From: a virus
Lineage: Duplodnaviria; Heunggongvirae; Uroviricota; Caudoviricetes
Direction: 5' to 3' (one strand)
DNA length: 64,000 nt
Virus record (IMG/VR): IMGVR_UViG_3300021426_000007
Coordinates: 1-64,000 of that record
Shown here: positions 17,359-25,726 of the stretch, piece after piece
How positions within the stretch are numbered: position 1 is the first letter of the stretch
How the letters are laid out: each line of letters begins with the position of its first letter
Program-made: the position numbers and the translations under genes
The notes under the pieces: generated by a model
The model's database searches: none
Seen by the model: only the letters and a program-made list of their open reading frames with translations
What the model was told of the DNA's origin: nothing

Positions 17359-17664
17359 TTAATCTGTCACGTGGAAGTAGAAGTCCAGTGCTTCTCCCTC
17401 CAGGTTGTCGTATGCCCATTCGTTTGTGTCGATGTAAAGATCTGAGTAGAGTTCCGAGAGTCCGGTGTTTCCTTTGCTGTAGTGGTCCCAGCACTTGTGG
17501 TTGAGTACCATCACCAGTTCGGTGAGATACTTGTAGTCAGACCGCCATTCTTTGAAGGCGCGGTTATAGGTGTCAAGTACTGCCTTCGGTCCGAATGCAT
17601 CAGCGATGGAGAAGTCGTTCCAGAAGGTGGTGGTCACTCTCATGGTTTCGTATTCTGGGTACAT
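17359..17664 (-). CDS. hypothetical early protein (101 aa)
   Basis: ORF track; start preceded by AAGGAGGAC. Confidence 0.5.
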   Translation of the reverse strand: MYPEYETMRVTTTFWNDFSIADAFGPKAVLDTYNRAFKEWRSDYKYLTELVMVLNHKCWDHYSKGNTGLSELYSDLYIDTNEWAYDNLEGEALDFYFHVTD

Positions 17665-17671
17665 TGTTTAG

Positions 17672-17845
17672 TCCTCCTTTAATGTGAGCGTTAAGGTGTA
17701 GTTGTTTTCGAGATTGCATTTCCTGTTGAGCCCGCAAAGCAGCTCGTCTAGGTGGCTGTACTTTTCGCAGGGGATGTTTGCGTCAGTGCAGACGAGGGCG
17801 AGAATGAGATACTGGATGTCCTCTGTTGTCAGTTTGATTTCCATG
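17672..17845 (-). CDS. small early protein (57 aa), not in ORF track
   Basis: ATG at 17845 behind AGGAGGAC; reads MEIKLTTEDIQYLILALVCTDANIPCEKYS...LKED*; stop embedded in the next gene's RBS. Confidence 0.4.
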
Positions 17846-17847
17846 GT

Positions 17848-18075
17848 TCAGTCCTCCTTATTATATACAAGTTTAAGGTCATCATAGTAGGCTCCGGTCG
17901 GATGCCATACCTGCTCGAGGATCTCTCCGTCCTCATCGATTCTTAATCCGACAAGTGAGAGTGCCTCGTCGATTGTCATGCTGTGGTTCGTGTTGATGCT
18001 TGCGAGCTCGATATTCGCCTTGGTGTCTTTGAGATGAATAAGCATTGGTTTAGTCCTCCTTAATAATTTCGGCAT
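17848..18075 (-). CDS. hypothetical early protein (75 aa)
   Basis: ORF track; ends ...NKED* inside the next RBS. Confidence 0.5.
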   Translation of the reverse strand: MPKLLRRTKPMLIHLKDTKANIELASINTNHSMTIDEALSLVGLRIDEDGEILEQVWHPTGAYYDDLKLVYNKED

Positions 18076-18712
18076 CGATGAGCAGTTTCTTGTAGTCTTC
18101 CCAAGGCATCCAACCTACGGACTCTTCGTCTTCGTAGGTTGGTTCCCACACCGTTTCATACTCGTCTGTCGAGGGATCGTATTCTCTCACTTCCACTGAG
18201 CAGTTGTAGATCATGTAATCCCATGACTCGATCTGTTCTTCTGTTGGATTCATTCCTTGCCAGTCATGCGTCTCCTGCACTTCCCATTCGATAAGTGTGT
18301 CGAGCGCATCGTTCTTTGCAGCTTCGAAGGAATCAAAGTCGATTCCATCTACGCAATCGCCCGTGTCAAACAACATCTGGAAGGGCGCTCTTTCGATAGG
18401 TCTTGCCCTGCTGAAGGACAGGATGGCATTGGCGACATCCACATAGGGGAAGTCCATTCCATCAGGGTATGCTTCCTTCAGATCATCCAGCACATGCTTC
18501 GACCACTCTCCGCCATAGGTGTACTCGTCGCATCCGTGATCGGCGAGAATCTTTTTTGCGTATTCAATAACTGTCATTGTATTATTCCTCCTCATTAAGT
18601 TTAGCTTTAAGCTGTTCATATTCTTCCTTGGTAATCTCTTCTCCGTAGCAATCGAATCCATCGAACCAGTAGGCGAACCACTCGTCGAAGTTCTTTGGCA
18701 TTCCATCCTCAT
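18050..18712 (-). CDS. hypothetical acidic protein (220 aa)
   Basis: ORF track. Confidence 0.5.
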   Translation of the reverse strand: MRMECQRTSTSGSPTGSMDSIATEKRLPRKNMNSLKLNLMRRNNTMTVIEYAKKILADHGCDEYTYGGEWSKHVLDDLKEAYPDGMDFPYVDVANAILSFSRARPIERAPFQMLFDTGDCVDGIDFDSFEAAKNDALDTLIEWEVQETHDWQGMNPTEEQIESWDYMIYNCSVEVREYDPSTDEYETVWEPTYEDEESVGWMPWEDYKKLLIDAEIIKED

Positions 18713-18830
18713 TGAGATGATCTCTGTATTCCTTTTTCCATTCGTTGTATTCGTACATCATCTCTTCCAAGGTCAGTGCGTATTCTCCATCGCCTTCGCA
18801 GGAGTTGATGTGAAAGTATCTGTCTTTCAT
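18582..18830 (-). CDS. hypothetical early protein (82 aa)
   Basis: ORF track. Confidence 0.45.
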   Translation of the reverse strand: MKDRYFHINSCEGDGEYALTLEEMMYEYNEWKKEYRDHLNEDGMPKNFDEWFAYWFDGFDCYGEEITKEEYEQLKAKLNEEE

Positions 18831-19150
18831 TTAGGCATCCTCCTATTCGGTGTTGCTGTCTTGGCCTTTGGTTCTTTCTGTTCTTCCTCGATGTCTCTGA
18901 TCATCTTGTACATGATATCGTTAAGGCAATCCTCAGCGATCTGCATGTCGATCATCTCTACTCCGTCATCATTCTCTGAGAGGTACAGCCATTCGTTGTC
19001 AGCGAATTCCTGCATGATCTCGTCCGTGCTTATCTCTACTCCGGTCTGGTATTCGATCTCTCCGGCAGCGGTTGCTATCCACCAGTTGATCGTGTCTTCT
19101 GCATCAGATGCAGGGATGGGTGCGTCAAAGATTGTATCAAAGTATATCAT
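18827..19150 (-). CDS. hypothetical early protein (107 aa)
   Basis: ORF track. Confidence 0.5.
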   Translation of the reverse strand: MIYFDTIFDAPIPASDAEDTINWWIATAAGEIEYQTGVEISTDEIMQEFADNEWLYLSENDDGVEMIDMQIAEDCLNDIMYKMIRDIEEEQKEPKAKTATPNRRMPK

Positions 19151-19165
19151 TGGTAGTTCCTCCTG

Positions 19166-19501
19166 TTAGTAGTTTTTGGGGTCGAGTTCGTGTAGTCTTT
19201 CTTCCAGTTTGTTCACGATTGGCTCAAAGAGGTCATGCATATCTGTGTCTTCCAATGCAGCCAGTGCTACATCCTCTGCTTCTTTGAGCTGCTCTTTGGT
19301 ATAGTCGCTTCTGAACTTTCTGCCGTAGTGTTCATGGAGGTAGTTCCATAGCACTGTGTCGAACAAGGAACTACGCAGGTTTAAGTATCTTGCTGTCAGT
19401 CTATCTGTTTTCAGAGGGACGACGGTCATTGCTATTGCGTAGGGGTAGAGAGTCTTCTCGTCGATTGCTTTACGTGCTCTTTCCATATAGTCGTTGTTCA
19501 T
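19166..19501 (-). CDS. hypothetical early protein (111 aa)
   Basis: ORF track. Confidence 0.5.
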   Translation of the reverse strand: MNNDYMERARKAIDEKTLYPYAIAMTVVPLKTDRLTARYLNLRSSLFDTVLWNYLHEHYGRKFRSDYTKEQLKEAEDVALAALEDTDMHDLFEPIVNKLEERLHELDPKNY

Positions 19502-19514
19502 TTCGATATCCTCC

Positions 19515-19910
19515 TTATCTGTTGTACCTAGTCATGAATGATCTTGCGGTCTGGTCGAGGTGACACATGTGCATTGTGGTTGTGATGCCCCAGCGTCTAC
19601 TTGATTCCGCATCCCATGAGTCCTTTATTCCTTTCGCCCACTCGGCTGCCTTGGGGGAGATGCGTCCATCCCATGCGCTCTGATTGACAAGGGAAGCGAT
19701 GATGATTTCCGCAAAGCTTTCGCCGCACATTTCTGCGAAGGCATCCACGACAGACTCCGGTGTATCGTTGTCGTAGACGGCATCTGCATGAAGCTTGTCG
19801 AGCAGGGCGCAGGCATCACGGCATTTCTTTCTGTACTCACGATAGATATCCGCACCGATATCCTGTACCTTCTGCAGGGTTTCTATTGTTCTCATTTCTA
19901 TATCCTCCAT
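19515..19910 (-). CDS. hypothetical early protein (131 aa)
   Basis: ORF track. Confidence 0.5.
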   Translation of the reverse strand: MEDIEMRTIETLQKVQDIGADIYREYRKKCRDACALLDKLHADAVYDNDTPESVVDAFAEMCGESFAEIIIASLVNQSAWDGRISPKAAEWAKGIKDSWDAESSRRWGITTTMHMCHLDQTARSFMTRYNR

Positions 19911-20012
19911 TAATAAATTTCTTTTGAGACCGGACAGGATGTCGAGTCCTGCCCACGCACCATGCCTGACTCCTGTTTATACTCGCATGGTCGAGTGTGT
20001 TATCAATCCTCC

Positions 20013-20462
20013 TTAACAATATGCAACTAGGTCCGGTCTTCCGTTTCTGATGCATGCGTCCTGCCGGTGCAGGATAGCAAGCTCGGATAGTTCTTTTGCT
20101 TCTTTCCATTCTTCCCAAGGTAGCCAAGCTACAGGCAATGGGAGGCCGAAGAATTCGTCAGCCTTGGTTTTCATCTCATCAAGACGGTCGTATTCTTTTT
20201 CATCGTAGGGGATTTCTCCGATGTCCATGTCGTCCATGGTGTTGAAGCAGACATTTCGTATCAGTTTAAAGTTGTGCTGGTTCTTGTAGGTGTTGAAGGG
20301 GTACAGCTTCTTGATGCTGACTATGCGGTAGTTCCGGTCCTTACATTTCTGTATGTTCTCCGCCCTCTTCTCTTCAGATTTCGGATAGCATACTTTGATG
20401 GTCTCATTGCCGTCCTCCGTAGGTACGGCATACTTGAATTCCCATTTCTGTTCTTTCTGCAT
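20013..20462 (-). CDS. hypothetical early protein (149 aa)
   Basis: ORF track. Confidence 0.5.
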   Translation of the reverse strand: MQKEQKWEFKYAVPTEDGNETIKVCYPKSEEKRAENIQKCKDRNYRIVSIKKLYPFNTYKNQHNFKLIRNVCFNTMDDMDIGEIPYDEKEYDRLDEMKTKADEFFGLPLPVAWLPWEEWKEAKELSELAILHRQDACIRNGRPDLVAYC

Positions 20463-20476
20463 TGTTCAATCCTCCA

Positions 20477-20914
20477 TTAATTAAATTCGACGTAGCTACG
20501 TCCGTGTCTGATGATGTTCTCCGGTAAAGCCATGGGGTTGCATGCTTCAGCGTCGCTCAGATAGTACAGCCACTTTCCTTTTTCGGTGCAGTCATATCTG
20601 TCGCCCTTCTCTATCATGGTGTACTTCCGGAAGCGACGGTCGAACAAGTCCTTGCCGACATGCAGCGCGCTTGTGATGGTCACGTACCCTACAATGAGAG
20701 GTGGATGGTTACCTGTTGCAATGACTGCCACACGTTCACCGACTAGCTTGCCGAGCATGTTCTTGTTGCGTGTTTCGATTTCCTTAAGGCCGGATACTAT
20801 CCATCCGGCCCAAGGTGTACGACGTTCGTTGCTTACATAGATTCCATATCGAATGTTGTTTTCCATTAATATCCTTCCTTTCTGATGCGAGCCTCGCATC
20901 TTTCCATCAGCCAT
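20477..20914 (-). CDS. ASCH-domain-like protein
   Basis: SGLKEIETRNKN fits the ASCH GxKxxExR motif; size 145 aa. Confidence 0.35.
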   Translation of the reverse strand: MADGKMRGSHQKGRILMENNIRYGIYVSNERRTPWAGWIVSGLKEIETRNKNMLGKLVGERVAVIATGNHPPLIVGYVTITSALHVGKDLFDRRFRKYTMIEKGDRYDCTEKGKWLYYLSDAEACNPMALPENIIRHGRSYVEFN

Positions 20915-21189
20915 TCCTTTCCGCAGAAGCGGACGTCTTTGAGGTAGCTCTTGGCAGCTTGGTTGAAGCAGCAGCTGCCGTCGTCATATACGTCTGTCGT
21001 TGCCATGCTATAGAGCTCTGCCACAAGGCCGTCGTGATTGGCAAGCGTGGCCTTTGCTCTTTCGTATTCTTCCGAACCTTCCGGATTGTCGAGCATTGTA
21101 TTCTCGAGTCCGCCTAAGAGCCAGCGGCTGGCATAAAGGATGTTCTTGAAGGCCTTCTTTTGACGTGGGGTGCAATCGCTGTATTTCAT
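20866..21189 (-). CDS. hypothetical early protein (107 aa)
   Basis: ORF track. Confidence 0.45.
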   Translation of the reverse strand: MKYSDCTPRQKKAFKNILYASRWLLGGLENTMLDNPEGSEEYERAKATLANHDGLVAELYSMATTDVYDDGSCCFNQAAKSYLKDVRFCGKEWLMERCEARIRKEGY

Positions 21190-21192
21190 TGT

Positions 21193-21360
21193 TCAATCCT
21201 CCGTTTCAAATTCTTTAGGGTTTCGGATGTATTCCTTTACCAGTACACATGCGGTGTATCTATCCATGCCCGCTCTTTCAAGCAGGTGTAGGTGATACTC
21301 TGCTGTCTTTTTATCCTTTGCCTTGACCGCTTCGGCAATCGCTTTAATGTGGTCGTACAT
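21193..21360 (-). CDS. small early protein (about 55 aa)
   Basis: Internal ATG 21360 behind AGGAGGG chosen over the 21510 extension, which would overlap 21375..21575. Confidence 0.4.
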   Translation of the reverse strand: MYDHIKAIAEAVKAKDKKTAEYHLHLLERAGMDRYTACVLVKEYIRNPKEFETED

Positions 21361-21374
21361 GTCATACCCTCCTG

Positions 21375-21575
21375 TTAGATGTAGTTCTTTACGACACGTT
21401 CCTTGTTGTCGCTGTCGTAGCGTGTAATGTAGAGGTACTCTATATCCTGTGGCCTGTGACTTCTGTAGATATCGTTTGCAATGAACACGGCTTGATCTAT
21501 GTTGTAGCATGCCTGCCGTACCTCTTTATATCCGTTCACATGTTTGAAGTGTACGTATCTGAGACTGCTTTCCAT
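21375..21575 (-). CDS. small early protein (66 aa)
   Basis: ORF track; conserved GGAGGATTGAATAATG initiation region. Confidence 0.5.
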   Translation of the reverse strand: MESSLRYVHFKHVNGYKEVRQACYNIDQAVFIANDIYRSHRPQDIEYLYITRYDSDNKERVVKNYI

Positions 21576-21590
21576 TATTCAATCCTCCTG

Positions 21591-21848
21591 TTATCGTGTG
21601 TATTCTACAAGATACTTTCCGTGTTCACGGAATCCAAAACGCTGGTGCTGTGCTGTTTCGTATGCCGTGTTGTATTGATCAATTTCATACACTCTCCACC
21701 TGTCTTCTGGAGAATCCCACTTGTACATTTCACGGTTCAGAATCTCTGCAATCTGTTCGGCCTTGACTCGTCTCTGTGGTACTCTATGCGCATGCTTTAT
21801 GCTGAACATGAAGTCTTTCCCAAATCTTGTTTTAGATACGATAAGCAT
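21591..21848 (-). CDS. small early protein (85 aa)
   Basis: ORF track; conserved initiation region. Confidence 0.5.
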   Translation of the reverse strand: MLIVSKTRFGKDFMFSIKHAHRVPQRRVKAEQIAEILNREMYKWDSPEDRWRVYEIDQYNTAYETAQHQRFGFREHGKYLVEYTR

Positions 21849-21866
21849 TATTCAATCCTCCTGTTA

Positions 21867-22178
21867 TTATCCGTATATTCGGATGAATCTGTTTGTCAGT
21901 CTGGTAACTTCTCTTTTCGTTTTTGTCCAAGCTTCTTTCGACGTTCTTCCTTTATATACTTTCGTTTCTTGTGCTCCGGTGATACAGTTTAGAAATTCCG
22001 TTTCGACTGCATAGTATCCATCTGCTGTTCTGTATTCTTTGTATTTCATTTCAAGAAGTTTTCTAAGCATTGCTTTATCCTCCATCATATTTCTTTCGGC
22101 ATGCATGCCGTGTAATTGTTTCGCTTCTGTTGTGGCTTTTCTTCCGGTGTGGCATATCCGATTAAGGACATGCCACAC
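21867..22178 (-). CDS. hypothetical early protein (103 aa or less)
   Basis: ORF track; real start may be the internal MMEDKAML. Confidence 0.4.
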   Translation of the reverse strand: MWHVLNRICHTGRKATTEAKQLHGMHAERNMMEDKAMLRKLLEMKYKEYRTADGYYAVETEFLNCITGAQETKVYKGRTSKEAWTKTKREVTRLTNRFIRIYG

Positions 22179-22215
22179 ATTACGATTCCAATTGTCAGTG
22201 CTAGGATTCCTATTG

Positions 22216-23025
22216 TCATCTCAGCACCTCTGCAATGTTGTTGCTGTCATGTGTACCGAGGTAGCATTTCCATCCGCAATCATCACACTTCTTACCATTG
22301 CATTCACTTGCGCCATTGGCGATTGCTTCTAATGTACTAGCTTCGTCTTTGTATACGGTGAAGACATAGTTGAAATACTTTGCTTTCTTTGCGGTGAAAC
22401 CAATGATGTAAGAGGATTGCACCAGTATGAGATTTTCCGGTTTGCCAAGCTTGTCGCATGCTCTGATTACAGCAGATACATTCTTTGCCCAGTATCCAAT
22501 CTTTGCCCAAGGGAAAGCATATGCAATCTTGATCATGTTTTCTGCATATGTCTGATTCGGTGTATCACCGGAAGAATTGACTCTTGTGATTTGCGTAATG
22601 GTTAACGTCTTCAATTCATCAATTGAGAATTCAACATGCATCATAATCAGCATGTTCAACGTGTGGCGATTGAGAACGTCAATCCATCTTTTCTCTTGCT
22701 TCATGTCGTAGCAGTGAAGGCATATGCAATCGGGATTGTCTTTGTTAGCTTCACGGATTTGCTTGCAGAATTCACAATTGCCCGCCGTAGAGTCAAGAGA
22801 TGTTGCGCCCTCTATCTTTCCGGAATCGTGAAACGCTGGGCGATAAAGCTTGAGCAATTCCAGACGGTCGTCATGTGTGAGATTTTCAAATCCCTTGCTG
22901 AAGATTTCCTGCACTCTTGCAAGCTCTTTTTCAAACTTGCCTGCGTTAACTTTCACATAGAATTTACAGCCCATGAAAGAAATCTCTTTTCTTTCCGTCT
23001 TGACTTTTGTTGCTTTCTTTGTCAT
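22216..23025 (-). CDS. first gene of the early leftward operon, Cys-rich protein (269 aa)
   Basis: ORF track; CEFC...CICLHC...CNGKKCDDCGWKC clusters; lies directly after the 1.5-kb control region. Confidence 0.55.
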   Translation of the reverse strand: MTKKATKVKTERKEISFMGCKFYVKVNAGKFEKELARVQEIFSKGFENLTHDDRLELLKLYRPAFHDSGKIEGATSLDSTAGNCEFCKQIREANKDNPDCICLHCYDMKQEKRWIDVLNRHTLNMLIMMHVEFSIDELKTLTITQITRVNSSGDTPNQTYAENMIKIAYAFPWAKIGYWAKNVSAVIRACDKLGKPENLILVQSSYIIGFTAKKAKYFNYVFTVYKDEASTLEAIANGASECNGKKCDDCGWKCYLGTHDSNNIAEVLR

Positions 23026-23076
23026 AATAGATGTACCATCCTTTCAGATTTTTGTAGGTTTGTTAGCTTGGTGTTT

Positions 23077-23171
23077 CCGGTTAACGTCTCGCACACGTTA
23101 ACCGGATTTATTAAGTAGTTGACTACTACTTTGAAAACCGATTCTTTTCGAATCAGCTTTCAAAGTAGTAG
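23077..23171. promoter_or_regulatory. palindromic operator/hairpin elements upstream of early operon
   Basis: CCGGTTAACGT-8nt-ACGTTAACCGG (23077-23105) and 49-bp near-perfect palindrome CTACTACTTTGAAA...TTTCAAAGTAGTAG (23123-23171). Confidence 0.5.
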
Positions 23172-23503
23172 GAAAGGAAAATCTTTTCTTTTGATTTGAT
23201 TCTTTCATCAAAGTTTATCAAATCTGTTTTGGTTTTCTTTTCTCTACTCTTTTTTTAAGTAGATAGTTTCCGCAATGTCACGGCGACAATAAATTGTCTT
23301 GCGGTCTTTTCCCGTCATGTCGTGATTTTCTTACCATGGAAGTTAATCCGTACAAGCGCCACATTTTTTTGGTTTTGCTTTGCAAGCTAATGCGGGGAAA
23401 CTTGCCTCTCTATTCAATTATCAAAGTGCCCTCCGGCGATTGTCTCTTTCCATACGTTCTGCACTTCCTACTTGCCGTCTGTTTTTCACTTCCTTTCTTA
23501 GCG

Positions 23504-23523
23504 TTTCAAACCATGGTTTGAAA
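23504..23523. promoter_or_regulatory. 20-bp perfect palindrome TTTCAAACCATGGTTTGAAA
   Basis: seen directly. Confidence 0.4.
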
Positions 23524-23832
23524 TTTCCGCTTCGGCTTTTGGCGCTACTTGTATTCAGTTTCCTTAGGAAAGTTTCAATCGGTTTATCCGGTCATGCTTT
23601 AGCTTTTCGCTTGTGCTCTCACACTTGCCCTTGCGAATTTTGGTGGGCGCATGTGCTTTGCTAGGGACGTCTTAGATTGTGGTGGGCAAAGCGGAAAGGA
23701 AAAGCATATCAATCAGCTTTGGCCCTTGTTCGATTGTGGCCATAGTATAGCGCATACTTTGGCCCTTGTCAATAGGAAATTTTTGTGTTTACAAATAATT
23801 CATAAATCAACAGAAGTATATTATCTTTCATA

Positions 23833-23873
23833 TCATATGAGCAATCATTCATATGAATACCTATTCATATGAA
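23833..23873. promoter_or_regulatory. three copies of palindromic TTCATATGAA within 41 bp
   Basis: 23833-23840, 23848-23857, 23864-23873. Confidence 0.45.
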
Positions 23874-24209
23874 AAAAGAATGTCAAGGCATTCCAAAATT
23901 TCCGTATTCATGTATCCATATATACAGCACTACACATGTATGAATGTATACAAGAATACAGAAGCGATAGACTACAATCGTAGTCGTGACAAGCGCGTGA
24001 CATTCTGGAATGTATAGAGGAAAGAAAGCCCGTCGCGCTTTACCTCTTTGCCTGTTTAGGTATACGGTTTACTAGGCCGATTGTTTTTACTTGGCGCCCC
24101 ACTATTAAAGGAAACTGAAAATTTTTTAACACACTCTCCGCTAGGTAGGGCGCATCGTGTTGCCTATTAAAGGAAAGAGGGCTCGGATTTAGCACTTTAA
24201 ATCGGTAAA

Positions 24210-24270
24210 GACCCCCCATGCCTCCGAACGGGGGTGGGGGGTCTGCATATATTATATATATAAAACTTTT
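24210..24270 (+). terminator. GC-rich hairpin GACCCCCCA...TGGGGGGTC (terminator-family copy 1)
   Basis: stem 24210-24218/24235-24243, T6 run at 24265. Confidence 0.4.
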
Positions 24271-24424
24271 TTCGCATATTACTTCCCTCCAAAAATCCAA
24301 ATTCAGCTTTTTCCGAACTTAAATTCTGAATCACGATTTCACTCGGGTTTGTTCATAATTTAGAAATATCTTAAATTGTGATTATTATACTAGAAGATAT
24401 CAAAAAAGTTGATAACTTATTTAC

Positions 24425-24470
24425 GACCCCCTATGCCCTGGAAACGGGTGTAGGGGGTCTTTTATTATTT
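24425..24470 (+). terminator. rho-independent terminator (family copy 2)
   Basis: GACCCCCTATGCCC-TGGAAAC-GGGTGTAGGGGGTC followed by TTTTATTATTT. Confidence 0.6.
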
Positions 24471-24544
24471 CCGGACCTCGCTGCCTATATTTTTCCAAAA
24501 TCCTAATTATGAACTTTCTGTTAACGATTATGAAGTCAGACCCT

Positions 24545-24572
24545 TGTTTTGCAGTTAACTGTGTCATATAAT
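24545..24572 (+). promoter_or_regulatory. candidate late promoter TTGTTT-16-TATAAT
   Basis: TTGTTT 24545-24550, TATAAT 24567-24572, about 35 nt upstream of the first late gene. Confidence 0.35.
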
Positions 24573-24606
24573 ATAGGGTAGTGAATTTATAGATTGAGGT
24601 GATCCG

Positions 24607-25056
24607 ATGGCTTTAACCAAGGAGGAACGCCTGGCCAGGTTGAATTCACCGGAAGCCAAGGCGAAGATGAAGGAGACGATTAACTCTCCCGAGTATCAGG
24701 AACAGCGTAGAGAAAAGAGAGAGCGGATAAAGAACTTCAACAAGCTGGCTCGATATATGATGGAAGCGGAGATTCCGGATGGCGATGCAGCCCTGGACGA
24801 ACTCCACGCTCATGGTTTTTACCAGGGCGATTATCAATCTGCTGTATTTCTTGGCCAGTTGAAGAGAGCTATGAACGGTGATCCGGAGTCTGCGAAGTTC
24901 TGTAGAGACACAGCCGGATACAAACCGACAGAGACGCTGAATCTTGGTAATGCGGACGATAAACCTTTTGAAGCGATTGATTTGTCGAAGCTTTCGACAG
25001 AAGAGCTCAAGAAGATGGTGATGGCCCGCCAGCCTCTGTATACGACAGAAGAATAA
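24607..25056 (+). CDS. putative terminase small subunit / DNA-packaging protein
   Basis: First gene of rightward operon, immediately upstream of terminase large subunit; 149 aa, basic/helical N-terminus. Positional call only. Confidence 0.35.
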   Translation: MALTKEERLARLNSPEAKAKMKETINSPEYQEQRREKRERIKNFNKLARYMMEAEIPDGDAALDELHAHGFYQGDYQSAVFLGQLKRAMNGDPESAKFCRDTAGYKPTETLNLGNADDKPFEAIDLSKLSTEELKKMVMARQPLYTTEE

Positions 25057-25065
25057 AAGAGAAGA

Positions 25066-25104
25066 CCCCTATACCTGTTAAACGGGCATAGGGGTTTTGT
25101 TATG
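25066..25104 (+). terminator. rho-independent terminator/attenuator (family copy 3)
   Basis: ACCCCTATACC-TGTTAAAC-GGGCATAGGGGTT + TTTGTT. Confidence 0.55.
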
Positions 25105-25125
25105 CGCTTTTGAGGTTACTGCCTA

Positions 25126-25245
25126 TGTGGATTGTTGCTCTGGCTGGTGGTGTTGTGTTCGGACTCGGAGTTGGGATACTGTACCTCGCTCTGGTTGACT
25201 CTGCTGATGATGGCAGTGATAGCGAAGCGGGAAGATATTGAAAAA
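25126..25245 (+). CDS. small hydrophobic peptide (39 aa), not in ORF track
   Basis: GAGGT RBS, MWIVALAGGVVFGLGVGILYLALVDSADDGSDSEAGRY*. Confidence 0.25.
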
Positions 25246-25277
25246 TAAGATTAACCACAGAAAGGGTGAGATAGACT

Positions 25278-25688
25278 ATGCCTTACGTATGGATGGACGA
25301 CGTTCCAAGAGTACAGACTGTTGGAGCTGGCGGTATTGGTGTGAGCCCCGCAATTCCTGTTACGGAGCTTGATAAAGTCTCGGCGGACGGCAGAGAGGTT
25401 GTAAAGATCGCGAAAGAAAACTACATCCCTAATCCCGGTATTACTACAAGCGGACGGGTTCTGAAAGTAGCGTCCGGTAAATGGGCGGCGGGTACAGATT
25501 CTTCTACGGATAGTCGTTTACCTAATGCCACTGGTACAGACGGCCAGATTCTTACAGTATCGAACGGTGCATGGGTGGTCGCGGATAATGTTGAAGGACT
25601 GCCTGATGCTACTGAACTCGTAGATGATACCACGCTTCTTGTTGCGAATGGGGAGTGGACTGTTTCTGAGCAGCCAGAAGGTGAGTAA
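25278..25688 (+). CDS. hypothetical protein with three G-x-W repeats (136 aa)
   Basis: ORF track; ASGKWAAGTD / SNGAWVVADN / ANGEWTVSEQ. Confidence 0.45.
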   Translation: MPYVWMDDVPRVQTVGAGGIGVSPAIPVTELDKVSADGREVVKIAKENYIPNPGITTSGRVLKVASGKWAAGTDSSTDSRLPNATGTDGQILTVSNGAWVVADNVEGLPDATELVDDTTLLVANGEWTVSEQPEGE

Positions 25689-25726
25689 CTGAAACTAGCG
25701 CCGGGTTATGAGGCGCGATTATCTTT

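Noticed and set aside
24040-24300. Minus-strand ORF (86 aa) in the control region
   Set aside because: It spans the GC-rich terminator hairpin and an AT-rich tract, has no RBS and a Pro/Gly-rich translation produced by the hairpin sequence.
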